From Candidatus Pacearchaeota archaeon (lineage in GTDB: Archaea > Nanobdellota > Nanobdellia > Pacearchaeales > GW2011-AR1), in contig JAGLIS010000010.1 in NCBI GenBank assembly GCA_023142835.1, positions 1 to 34,002 of the forward strand: DNA of 34,002 nucleotides. The letters run 5' to 3'. A program made the position numbers and the translations under genes. Below are positions 25,949 through 34,002 of the stretch, in pieces. The notes under the pieces were generated by a model that worked only from the letters and a program-made list of their open reading frames with translations, searched no databases and had not been told where the DNA came from. How positions within the stretch are numbered: the stretch's first letter is position 1; every line of letters starts with the position of its first letter.

Positions 25949-27373
25949 TTAAATAACTTCCTTCAAAACATCCGCAACCTCTTTCCCAGAAACTTTTCCC
26001 CTAAATTTTCCCATAACCAATCCCATGTACGCCCCCTGCGACAACCCTGGATTCTCTTTAACAAATTTCTCAACTTCTTCTTTCAAATTAATATCTGATT
26101 TTTCTATTGCCTTATCAAGAGTTTCCCCCTGAACAATTTTTTGCATAACCGTCCTAACATCATTCTTCGAAATCTTTTTCCCAACCTCTTCTAAAATCGC
26201 CTCTAACAAATGAACATTTAAAATTTCACTAACTTCAGCCAAAGATTTCTTTTCTTTTTTTGCAATCTCCATCTGGAAAAGCGTTAAAGATTTTGCTATC
26301 AATTCAGGACTCTCGATAACATGATTAAGTGTTTTAAAATCCTCGACCTTATTCTGTTTCAAAATCAACTTTACTAACTCTTCATTTAACCCAAACTCAT
26401 CTAAATAAGACCTATGCTCGGATGCAAGTTTTGGAAGATTATTTTTAGCTTCGTTAATTAACTCTCGTGAAATTTTCAAAAGTGGGACATCAGTTTCAGG
26501 ATACATTCTTGCAGCTCCTGGCATTGGTCGTTGAAATACTGAAGTCCCATCGGGAAGTGCTCCACGAACTTCGTTTTTACATTCATTATTTTTAAGGCAT
26601 TCTTTCTGTCGAGAAATTTCTATATCAATCGTCTTAATCATCATCTTAGGATCTTGGAATCCTTTAATTTCAACTCGCTTACTTCCCTTAATCGAAACAT
26701 TGACATCTTGACGAATCGTTCCAATTCCTCTCTTTACATTACATGCCCTCAATATCTCCCCAATTTTCATGGCGACTTCCTTACATTGCTTAGGAGAATA
26801 AATTTCTGGTTTTGTAGTAATTTCAACAAGCGGGATACCCAACCTATCTAACTTAAATGTCTTCGTTTTCTCATCCTCCGAAACTTTCCTCGCTGAATCT
26901 TCTTCTAAGGCAATAGTTTCAATCCCAACCTTTCCCTCAGGAGTTTCGACATAACCATCATGAGCAATCAACACAGTTCTTTGAAATCCAGAAGTGTTCG
27001 TTCCATCGACGACAGTTTTTCTCATTACTTGAGTTACTGGAAATGTATTACAATGAAACAATTCTGCAATTTGTAAAACTATCTTTAACGCATCAACATT
27101 AATTTCTCCCGGAGGAGATTCATCAAGTTCGACTAGACAGTTAGTATCATAAACATGGTAAATAAAAGTTTTATTTTTCATTTTTTCATGGGCAGCAGCG
27201 ACGTCAATTTCTCCAGTCTCACCTACCACAGGATTCAATATTCTCTCAACAGTATAGTCTGGCTCGTCATTTCTTAACAAAGAAGGACAATCACAAAATA
27301 GTTTATTCGTATTAAGTTGCTGATGAATTTCCAATCCAATCTTAAGTCCATCCTTTTTATAATCATGTTCCAT
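25949..27373 (-). CDS. gatE: Glu-tRNA(Gln) amidotransferase subunit E, short form
   Basis: GLEIHQQL, CLVELDE.PP, MRKTVVDGTNTSGFQRT, RGIGTIRQDVNVSI, RPMPGAARMYPETD. Confidence 0.95.
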   Translation of the reverse strand: MEHDYKKDGLKIGLEIHQQLNTNKLFCDCPSLLRNDEPDYTVERILNPVVGETGEIDVAAAHEKMKNKTFIYHVYDTNCLVELDESPPGEINVDALKIVLQIAELFHCNTFPVTQVMRKTVVDGTNTSGFQRTVLIAHDGYVETPEGKVGIETIALEEDSARKVSEDEKTKTFKLDRLGIPLVEITTKPEIYSPKQCKEVAMKIGEILRACNVKRGIGTIRQDVNVSIKGSKRVEIKGFQDPKMMIKTIDIEISRQKECLKNNECKNEVRGALPDGTSVFQRPMPGAARMYPETDVPLLKISRELINEAKNNLPKLASEHRSYLDEFGLNEELVKLILKQNKVEDFKTLNHVIESPELIAKSLTLFQMEIAKKEKKSLAEVSEILNVHLLEAILEEVGKKISKNDVRTVMQKIVQGETLDKAIEKSDINLKEEVEKFVKENPGLSQGAYMGLVMGKFRGKVSGKEVADVLKEVI

Positions 27374-27434
27374 ATTTTTACTTAAGACAATAGCTTTAAA
27401 TAATCTTTCTTCCTGATTTTTGTAAGGAGGTTAT

Positions 27435-27881
27435 ATGGTAAAAAAGAAGTCTATTAAGGATACGGGGTTAGTTCGAGATATTCCAGAGGGAATAAAGATT
27501 TTAGCAGTATTCTGTTTTATTGGAGCTCTTTTCTCTTTTATCGCAGGAGGGTTTTTATTCAGCTTCTCTGATAGTGTTTCTCAGAACGCAGATATTTTTA
27601 TTCAGCAAGGAATCGATATTCCAAGCTCAATGGAATTAATCTTTCTAGGTATTGCTTTGTTAGGTCTTGCAATTTTGCAGTACATCGTTGCTAGGGATAT
27701 CCTTAAATTAAAGAGTTGGGCACGAAATGTAGTCGTTGTTTTCTCAGTTTTTGGAATTATTACAGCTATAGCGAATTTAACAGAAAAATTCTTTGCTAGC
27801 GGAATATTCTCATTGCTCGTTAATCTGTTAATTATTTGGTATTTAACAATCAGAAAAGATACGAGAAAAGTATTCAAATAA
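27435..27881 (+). CDS. Four-TM membrane protein
   Basis: PEGIKILAV...LKSWAR...IIWYL pattern, four hydrophobic segments, GGAGG RBS. Confidence 0.8.
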   Translation: MVKKKSIKDTGLVRDIPEGIKILAVFCFIGALFSFIAGGFLFSFSDSVSQNADIFIQQGIDIPSSMELIFLGIALLGLAILQYIVARDILKLKSWARNVVVVFSVFGIITAIANLTEKFFASGIFSLLVNLLIIWYLTIRKDTRKVFK

Positions 27882-27894
27882 TTTTTATTTTTAT

Positions 27895-29136
27895 CTAGCT
27901 GTTGGAGGCTTTCTCCGACATTTTTTCTTTTGAATTCCAGTTTTTATGTCCGAGAACCCAACCAAGTTTTATTAATGCAGTTTCAGATAGCATGTCTTCA
28001 AGAAAAATAATTCCCGTTTTTTTTAATTCTCTTCCAGAAGAATATACATTAGGATTTAATCTACCATAAATAGTTTGAGCTGTAGCACATACGGTTATTC
28101 CTTTTTGTATCGCTTTTTTTATTTTTGGAATCCAGTTTGTCGAGGAGAATTTTCCAGGAACTTGACCTAGTCCAGTAGTTTCGATGATCAATCCATTATA
28201 GCCTTGTTGTTCATAATATTCAATTATCGACGGGTCTTGCCCAGGATGAATCTTTATTAGTGTAACTTTGTCCTGAAATTTAGTATCGAGTTTTGGCTTG
28301 TTATTCGAACGCGCATTAAATGTTTTTAAAATTTTTAATTCTTGTGAAGTGATTTCTGCGATTGGAGTATCATTAACTATCTTGAAAGCATCTCTTCGTG
28401 AGGTATGCAACTTCCTAACTTTAGTTGCAGGCATTGCTACACAGATTTTATCGTCGGAATTTTTATGTCCAACTAAAGCTATTTCAGCTATATCTGATAT
28501 TGCATATCTTGCTGAGCAGATTAGATTAAGTGCGGCATCTGTTGAAGCCCGATCTATGGAACGCTGAGAGTAAGTTAGAGCGATTGGTTTATTCAAATTT
28601 TGAATAAAAAATGATAGGGCGGCTGCGGTATAATGTAATGTATCAGTCCCGTGAGTTATAATTATTCCGTCGACAGATTTATCATTAAGATAAGGTTCGC
28701 ATGTTTCGGCTAGTTTTTTCCAATCTGAAGGAGACATATCCTCGGAGAACTTCATAAAAGGGGTATCGATTTTTGTAACATTACATACATTCTTTATTTC
28801 AGGAGCGATGTTTAAAATATCTTCAGCGTCGGTAGGAATTACTCCTCCGGATTTATAGTCGAGTCTTGATGAAATTGTCCCCCCAGTAATTATAACCACA
28901 ACATTTCTTAACTTAGGATTTTTTTCCAGGACAACTTCTTTTTTATCTTTTGGTTTAGCTTTCTCTAAAACTTTAGCATTAAGGATTTCTCCCTCCCGAA
29001 TCCCGATATTATAACCTGATTCTAGTTTCAGCAGAATAACTTCCGAATCGTGCGACTCAAGAGCGTAGCCTTTCCACAACTTGCTTTTCGTTTGCAATGC
29101 TACTTTATCTCCTGGAGAAAATGTTTTTGTTTTCAT
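27895..29136 (-). CDS. gatD: Glu-tRNA(Gln) amidotransferase subunit D
   Basis: LKLESGYNIG, TGGTISSRLDY, HGTDTLHYT, SQRSIDRASTDA, KLHTSRRDAF, EDMLSETA. Confidence 0.95.
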   Translation of the reverse strand: MKTKTFSPGDKVALQTKSKLWKGYALESHDSEVILLKLESGYNIGIREGEILNAKVLEKAKPKDKKEVVLEKNPKLRNVVVIITGGTISSRLDYKSGGVIPTDAEDILNIAPEIKNVCNVTKIDTPFMKFSEDMSPSDWKKLAETCEPYLNDKSVDGIIITHGTDTLHYTAAALSFFIQNLNKPIALTYSQRSIDRASTDAALNLICSARYAISDIAEIALVGHKNSDDKICVAMPATKVRKLHTSRRDAFKIVNDTPIAEITSQELKILKTFNARSNNKPKLDTKFQDKVTLIKIHPGQDPSIIEYYEQQGYNGLIIETTGLGQVPGKFSSTNWIPKIKKAIQKGITVCATAQTIYGRLNPNVYSSGRELKKTGIIFLEDMLSETALIKLGWVLGHKNWNSKEKMSEKASNS

Positions 29137-29341
29137 GTTGTATTATTTTGTCCTTCCAATCTTTTAGTGTTAATCTGCGCATATCCTTGTCATGGAGCAG
29201 TTCCCCAGAAATTAATTTTAACAACAAATAAGGAGCTCCACATTGTTCGCATCTCGTTGAGCCTCCAAAGTTGCAACTGCCTTTTTCTTCCCAGAGGTTT
29301 AAACAGAATTTCAGTTCTTCAAGTAGGGTCTCTTTATTCAT
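29105..29341 (-). CDS. Small Cys-containing hypothetical protein
   Basis: 78 aa, C..W....C.FG...CEQCGAPYLL; overlaps the gatD start; preceded by a TATA box. Confidence 0.7.
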   Translation of the reverse strand: MNKETLLEELKFCLNLWEEKGSCNFGGSTRCEQCGAPYLLLKLISGELLHDKDMRRLTLKDWKDKIIQHENKNIFSRR

Positions 29342-29354
29342 AATTTAATCAACA

Positions 29355-29378
29355 TTGAAAGATATAAAAATGTTTGGA
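29355..29378. repeat. 24-bp direct repeat, copy 1 (contains leftward TATA box)
   Basis: TTGAAAGATATAAAAATGTTTGGA, identical to 30080-30103. Confidence 0.9.
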
Positions 29379-29466
29379 ATCAAATTCCTATTAATCTCTC
29401 ATAGCCTGAAACAATTTGGATTTCAACTACAAAATATTTTTAAAGAAATAGATACTATTCTATAAC

Positions 29467-30057
29467 ATGATAAAAGCTATTGTTTTTGATTTTGATGGAG
29501 TCCTCTTGGACACATATGAGAATCATTATCAGACTTATGCAAAAAAATATCAAGATCTTGATAGGGAGACTCATAAACGATTATTTGAAGGAAATATTCA
29601 TGAAATGAGATCTAAACTTGTAGTTAAAGATGAAGCCCTTGATTATCCCAGCATATTAAGAAAGCATCTCCTTGGGCAAGGGATTGAGGACAATATCCCA
29701 TTAACATTAAATAAACTCCAAAAGAAGTTTCCCTTATTTATTATTACATCACATAGAGAATCGATTTTAAAAAAATTTTTTGAAAAACAAAACTTGTCTG
29801 ATTTATTTGATGATATACTTGGATTTGAAACACACAAAAAGAAGGAAGTCAAATTTCAATATCTCTTTGAAAAATATAACCTCAACAAAGATAATATTTT
29901 GTTTGTTACAGATACGTTAGGAGATATATTGGCAGCAAATAAACTTGGAATAAAAACAATAGCTGTAGATTTCGGGTTTCATGAAAGATGGAGACTTGAA
30001 AAAGGAAAGCCTTTAAAAATTATTTCTCAGTTCGAAGAAATTTTATCCTTAGTATAA
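29467..30057 (+). CDS. HAD-superfamily hydrolase (phosphoglycolate phosphatase-like)
   Basis: FDFDGVLLDT, IITS, FVTDTLGDI, GFH. Confidence 0.92.
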   Translation: MIKAIVFDFDGVLLDTYENHYQTYAKKYQDLDRETHKRLFEGNIHEMRSKLVVKDEALDYPSILRKHLLGQGIEDNIPLTLNKLQKKFPLFIITSHRESILKKFFEKQNLSDLFDDILGFETHKKKEVKFQYLFEKYNLNKDNILFVTDTLGDILAANKLGIKTIAVDFGFHERWRLEKGKPLKIISQFEEILSLV

Positions 30058-30079
30058 TATAATTTAGTTCTAACCCTTT

Positions 30080-30103
30080 TTGAAAGATATAAAAATGTTT
30101 GGA
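30080..30103. repeat. 24-bp direct repeat, copy 2
   Basis: Identical to 29355-29378. Confidence 0.9.
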
Positions 30104-30120
30104 GTTGGCAAACATTTAAA

Positions 30121-30157
30121 TACTAATGGTTACCATAAATATACTATTAGTAACCAT
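30121..30157. promoter_or_regulatory. Tandem operator-like repeats upstream of the RHH gene
   Basis: TACTAATGGTTACCAT (30121-30136) and TACTATTAGTAACCAT (30142-30157), 21-bp period, between TATA and ATG. Confidence 0.55.
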
Positions 30158-30332
30158 GGTAAATAAAAAAAGAAAAGATACAGCAATTAAGGTAAGTAGA
30201 TGGTTAGACGATGCCGTCAAGGGTTATATTTCTAATAGGAAAATTAGTGTGGAGTTTCCGTCGAAGCGAAATTTTGTCGACAAAGCTGTAATGCAATTCC
30301 TGGAGGAAAAAGGGGTAAAATTAAATGAATAA
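30156..30332 (+). CDS. Ribbon-helix-helix (CopG/MetJ-like) DNA-binding protein
   Basis: TAIKV strand, SRWLDDAVKGYI helix, FPSKRNFVDKAVMQFLE helix. Confidence 0.7.
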   Translation: MVNKKRKDTAIKVSRWLDDAVKGYISNRKISVEFPSKRNFVDKAVMQFLEEKGVKLNE

Positions 30333-30456
30333 TAAATTTAAGGAAAAGTTAGAACTAGCTAGAGAAATGTTCAACACTCTAGAAAGCAAAGGAATTGGAC
30401 AAGCCTCAGAAATTGCGAAACGAACCTTTTATATCCAAGATAGATTATCAAATTGA
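30325..30456 (+). CDS. 43-aa hypothetical protein coupled to the RHH gene (not in the ORF track)
   Basis: MNNKFKEKLELAREMFNTLESKGIGQASEIAKRTFYIQDRLSN; 8-bp overlap, AGGGG upstream. Confidence 0.45.
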   Translation: MNNKFKEKLELAREMFNTLESKGIGQASEIAKRTFYIQDRLSN

Positions 30457-30498
30457 ATGCTTAGCAAAGCATAAAAAGGTTAGAGGTTTTAATCAGTT

Positions 30499-31890
30499 AT
30501 GGAAAAGGCGTTCCCAATTAAGATTGGTCTGGAGATTCATGGGTATTTAGATACTTGTGAGAAATTATTCTGTATGTGCAAAACTGATTTCTTAGATGCT
30601 AAACCAAATTCTTTAGTGTGTCCAATTTGTACAGGACAACCAGGCTCAAAACCAATGGCACCGAATTCAGATGCTATAAAAAAAATGATTCAGATTGCAT
30701 TGGTCTTCGGTTCAAAAATTAATTATTCAAATATTATTTGGCAAAGGAAACATTATAATTGGGCGGATTTACCAAAAGGTTATCAGACGACGATTTCTGG
30801 AATGCACGCGACGACAAATGCAACGAGTGGAAAATTTAAAGGAATTAATTTGACAGAATTGCATCTTGAGGAAGACCCCGCTCAATGGAACCCTGATTCA
30901 GGAAAAATAAATTATAATCGTAGCGGATTGCCGTTGATTGAGATAGTTACAGAACCAGAATTCAGCGACGCCGAACAAGTCATCGAATGGCTAAAGAGTT
31001 TGCTTTTATCATTAAGTTATATTAAAGCGGTTCGGAAGAATGCGGGAATTAAAGTTGATGTGAATGTTTCGACTTATGGCGAGAGAGTCGAGATGAAGAA
31101 TTTGAATTCGTTGGAGAAGATTCGGAAGGCGATAGGGTACGAAATTCTTAGACAAGTTGAAAATCATGATAAGGGAATTGTTCAGACGAGAGATACCTTG
31201 GCGTTCGACGAAAAATCAGGAAAGACAATTAAGATGCGATCAAAGGAAGGAGCTGCAGATTATAGATTCATACCTGATCCAGATTTATCTATGATAAAAA
31301 TAGATAAGAAAATTGTTAATAAAATCAAATCGGGTTTACCTGAAATGCCCGAAGTAAAACTGTCGAGGCTGTTAAAGAAGTATAAGGTTGGTGAAAAGGA
31401 CGCGAAGATTTTGACGAAGAATTTGGAACTGGTAGAATTTTTTGAAGAACTTGTGAATCATTGTATAGATACTGTTAAGAATATGAGCTGGGTAACTATC
31501 GAGTTGTTGAGGGTTTTGAATTACAATAAGAAAACTCTCGAGGACGATGATGTAGAAATTTTACCATCGCATTTGGCTGAACTGATTAAGATGGTTGAGT
31601 CGGGGAAGATTACAGTTTTGAAAGGGAAGCAGATTATGAATGATTTTGTTCCGAAGTCGTTTTCGTTGGCTGAGCATAAGGGGGAGATTTCTAATATTGA
31701 TGATTCGGCGATTGAGAATTTATGTAAACAAGTTATCTCGGAAAATGTTCATGTTGTTGATGAATATAAATCTGGGAAGGTAGCTAGTTTGAATTTTTTA
31801 ATTGGGCAAGTTATGAGGTTGTCGGAGAGGAGAGCCGACTACAAGGAAACAACAAAGATTTTGAAAAAGATATTGGGAGGCTCGGAGTAA
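30499..31890 (+). CDS. gatB: Asp/Glu-tRNA amidotransferase subunit B
   Basis: IGLEIH, CPICTGQPG, RKHYNWADLPKGYQ, YNRSGLPLIEIVTEP, RSKEGAADYRFIPDPDL, NFLIGQVMR. Confidence 0.95.
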   Translation: MEKAFPIKIGLEIHGYLDTCEKLFCMCKTDFLDAKPNSLVCPICTGQPGSKPMAPNSDAIKKMIQIALVFGSKINYSNIIWQRKHYNWADLPKGYQTTISGMHATTNATSGKFKGINLTELHLEEDPAQWNPDSGKINYNRSGLPLIEIVTEPEFSDAEQVIEWLKSLLLSLSYIKAVRKNAGIKVDVNVSTYGERVEMKNLNSLEKIRKAIGYEILRQVENHDKGIVQTRDTLAFDEKSGKTIKMRSKEGAADYRFIPDPDLSMIKIDKKIVNKIKSGLPEMPEVKLSRLLKKYKVGEKDAKILTKNLELVEFFEELVNHCIDTVKNMSWVTIELLRVLNYNKKTLEDDDVEILPSHLAELIKMVESGKITVLKGKQIMNDFVPKSFSLAEHKGEISNIDDSAIENLCKQVISENVHVVDEYKSGKVASLNFLIGQVMRLSERRADYKETTKILKKILGGSE

Positions 31891-31904
31891 TGGAGTGGTG
31901 GGTG

Positions 31905-31958
31905 GATTTTAAGATTGCTGGGGAGACTTTGAAGAAAATTATTGGGGATTGGGAGTAA
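31905..31958 (+). pseudogene. Diverged duplicate of the gatB 3' end
   Basis: Encodes DFKIAGETLKKIIGDWE* versus gatB DYKETTKILKKILGGSE*; both followed by GGAGTAATGG. Confidence 0.65.
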
Positions 31959-32470
31959 TGGGATTTTGGGAGGAGACAGTAAAAGAATTAAAAAAAACAT
32001 GGACACTTTTTCTTTTCTTTGGTATTTTCTTTTTGATTGCTAGTGCGTTTATTAATGCAGGAGTAGATATTTGGATGAATAATAATGCTCAAGGAGATCC
32101 TTGCAGGGTAGATTTCCCAGTAGACGAATTTACATTTACTGGACTAAATGAGCATTTTCGTATAAAATATCTTTTGATTAATTTGAGAGATAAGGATTTG
32201 CAAATTGAGGGTATTGACGCTTATTGTTATTGGAATACTGAAGATGAACTTAAAGAGATTGAGGAAATAAAGAAATCTGTTACAAGCCCTCCTTCAATAG
32301 AACAGATTTCTGTACCTCGAGAGTTGTATAAAATTAATGCTTCTAGTTCGGAGTCCCGAGATTCCAATTGCAAATCTCCTGAAGAGGAAGGATTGTACAA
32401 GATTAGAATAATTGCTAGGACAACCGAAGGAAGCTGTGAGGGAATTATTCTGATGGAGGTAGAGGAATAA
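31958..32470 (+). CDS. Membrane-anchored hypothetical protein with beta-rich extracellular domain
   Basis: N-terminal TM helix, 4 Cys, GLYKIRIIART; ATG via TAATG overlap. Confidence 0.7.
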   Translation: MGFWEETVKELKKTWTLFLFFGIFFLIASAFINAGVDIWMNNNAQGDPCRVDFPVDEFTFTGLNEHFRIKYLLINLRDKDLQIEGIDAYCYWNTEDELKEIEEIKKSVTSPPSIEQISVPRELYKINASSSESRDSNCKSPEEEGLYKIRIIARTTEGSCEGIILMEVEE

Positions 32471-32631
32471 TGAAAGATTTAGTAAGGAGGTAGTCAACGA
32501 AGAGAGATGATAATTTTGGAACACAGATTGCGATTATGATTTTTTTGTGTCTTGGTTTTTTAGGTTTTTTTAAATATGGTTTTAAATCTGGCAATCCCAT
32601 GTTGGATGTTTTCCATTGGACTAAAGAATAA
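32470..32631 (+). pseudogene. Possible small membrane protein gene with in-frame TAG
   Basis: TAATG-coupled MKDLVRR*STKRDDNFGTQIAIMIFLCLGFLGFFKYG... Confidence 0.35.
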
Positions 32632-32697
32632 TAATGAATGTTTTGCCGAGAATCAGAGTGCAATAATTCTTATAAAGCTGTATTGGGTTGTGTCAAG

Positions 32698-33618
32698 ATG
32701 GAAATTAAATCAGAAAAAGATTTGCAAGAATTGATTAATAATAAGATTGAGGAAAGTACAACTTTGGAATATAAGTCTATGGATTCTTTAACTAACAATG
32801 CAGAGATAGCCAAAGATATTTCTGCTATGGCTAATTCGGAGGGAGGTCTAATAATTTATGGGATTAAGGAAGATGCTGAGAAATATCCAGAAGAAATAGA
32901 ATGGTCTTCTGATAAGGGGTTGAAAGACAAGATAGACCAAGTTCTATCCTCTAAAATTACTAGGAAAATTGAAGGGTGTAATATTAAGGAAGTCCAATCT
33001 GATAGAGATAATAAGAAATTTGTTATAGTTGTTAATGTCCCAAGGAGTGATATTGCACCTCATCAGTCAAATAAATCTGTAGAAGTTAAGAAATATTATC
33101 GTAGGAGCAATTCTAGAATAAGAGAGATGGAACATGGTGAAGTAGAAGATTTATTTTTTGCGAGAAAGAGACCAAAGTTAGAGATTGAATTAAGAAGAAC
33201 ACCTACTAAAATTCCTGCTTATGAAATTATAATTCATAATAAAGGAAAAGTTTTAGCAGAGAAAATCTCCATAAAGTTTTTGATTCCCTCAGTGCTTAAA
33301 ATAATTGACGATGCTTGGTCGAAAATAAAAGATGGATACACTCATAAGGGGTATGGCTATTCAGAATATCAATATACTGGAAATGAATATGTTTATCCAG
33401 AATTGCCGACATGTATTGGAAAGATTTTTCATTCAAAAGAAGAATGTGTGGTATCATTAGATATAGGATTTTTGATTGTGTGTGAGGATATGGAGATTAA
33501 AAGAGGGAAAATAATAATGGGGGATAGAAAGCCGACGGAAATAATATATTTAGAAAAAGGGGTTCCATTGCCCGATTGGGAATTTAAGGATGGATTTTAT
33601 AGCATATATCATCAATAG
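32698..33618 (+). CDS. Schlafen/AlbA_2-domain protein with C-terminal beta-sandwich-like domain
   Basis: ESTTLEYKS, IAKDISAMANSEGGLIIYGIKE, VPRS..APH, YYRR. Confidence 0.88.
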   Translation: MEIKSEKDLQELINNKIEESTTLEYKSMDSLTNNAEIAKDISAMANSEGGLIIYGIKEDAEKYPEEIEWSSDKGLKDKIDQVLSSKITRKIEGCNIKEVQSDRDNKKFVIVVNVPRSDIAPHQSNKSVEVKKYYRRSNSRIREMEHGEVEDLFFARKRPKLEIELRRTPTKIPAYEIIIHNKGKVLAEKISIKFLIPSVLKIIDDAWSKIKDGYTHKGYGYSEYQYTGNEYVYPELPTCIGKIFHSKEECVVSLDIGFLIVCEDMEIKRGKIIMGDRKPTEIIYLEKGVPLPDWEFKDGFYSIYHQ

Positions 33619-33818
33619 TTATTAATTAAGTTGCTCAAGTCACATAAGATACTTTTAGGGTTACAGTGAACAATGGCGGACGGTACGACTACTTCTTCAA
33701 ACCCTTCCAAATTATCGGTAACGAGAAAATTATTATTAAGATGACGTAAGCATACCATTGGATGCTCATTGCGTCGTTTAGAAATCTTGGCCATATTGTT
33801 AGAAGAAGGATAGTACAT
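33612..33818 (-). CDS. Hypothetical protein
   Basis: 68-aa ORF filling the gap between convergent genes; no motif. Confidence 0.35.
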   Translation of the reverse strand: MYYPSSNNMAKISKRRNEHPMVCLRHLNNNFLVTDNLEGFEEVVVPSAIVHCNPKSILCDLSNLINNY

Positions 33819-33876
33819 AACATTGTAGTTATTATCTTAGAATCTAATTCATACCATTTCGGCGTCCAAACAAAAA

Positions 33877-34002
33877 CTAATACCCAAACTTCCTCTCGTA
33901 TTCCTTATGATCTATCCAATCCAAAATAATCGTTATAATTACTGCCGTTCCTCCCCGTATAGAATAAATGAGTCTCCATGCTCCAGGTAAATTATATTTC
34001 CA
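33877..34002 (-). CDS. RelE-like toxin, C-terminal part (gene starts beyond the window edge)
   Basis: WKYNLPGAWRLIYSI...IILDWIDHKEYERKFGY*. Confidence 0.7.
   Translation of the reverse strand, partial: WKYNLPGAWRLIYSIRGGTAVIITIILDWIDHKEYERKFGY

Noticed and set aside
2889-29852. Short ORF-track entries overlapping real genes (e.g. 2889-3092, 4300-4503, 9063-9260, 12080-12277, 13036-13356, 13697-14002, 14408-14599, 18963-19175, 19270-19515, 20357-20837, 21833-22108, 23611-23796, 26654-26851, 27602-27877, 28298-28567, 29050-29343, 29643-29852)
   Set aside because: Antisense shadows of well-supported genes with no motifs or promoters.
32491-32493. In-frame TAG as evidence of stop-codon recoding
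   Set aside because: Several genuine genes here end in TAG (e.g. aspS, gatD, DUF424), so a nonsense mutation or non-coding DNA is more likely.
32294-32663. Minus-strand ORFs 32294-32524 and 32445-32663
   Set aside because: They overlap plus-strand coding sequence that has TAATG coupling; no recognisable features.

Overview
AT-rich chromosomal segment of a small-genome DPANN archaeon. It looks Pacearchaeota/Woesearchaeota-like, which is an inference from gene content and the TATA-box/leaderless gene layout. The backbone carries TrmB, presenilin, ITPase, aCPSF1, psmB, aIF-2beta, DUF424, aIF-1A, Dim2/Pno1, tRNA-Asn, FtsZ, a DHH phosphoesterase and an indirect aminoacylation set (gatA, gatC, gatB, gatD, gatE and a bacterial-type, GAD-less AspRS). 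Accessory genes appear to have entered by at least four routes. (1) Main finding: three dispersed, solitary integron-like gene cassettes (about 11984-12661, 22492-23347, 25093-25938). They share an attC-like hairpin family (TAAC-N4-ATTAAGAG...CTCTTAAT-N6-GT) and, for two of them, G|T-type junctions. Genes are oriented opposite to classical cassettes and have their own promoters. Nested imperfect inverted repeats could fold each cassette into a strand-specific ssDNA stem enclosing the gene. No integrase is present in the window. (2) A 4.4-kb cargo transposon (5388-9765; 13-bp imperfect TIRs, 9-bp TSD) with a SWIM-finger IS6/IS240-like transposase, an EcoRI-like methyltransferase and a DUF262-HNH nuclease. 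(3) A HAD gene between perfect 24-bp promoter duplications. (4) An island downstream of a duplicated gatB 3' end, with a Schlafen/AlbA_2 gene and a partial RelE-like toxin gene.
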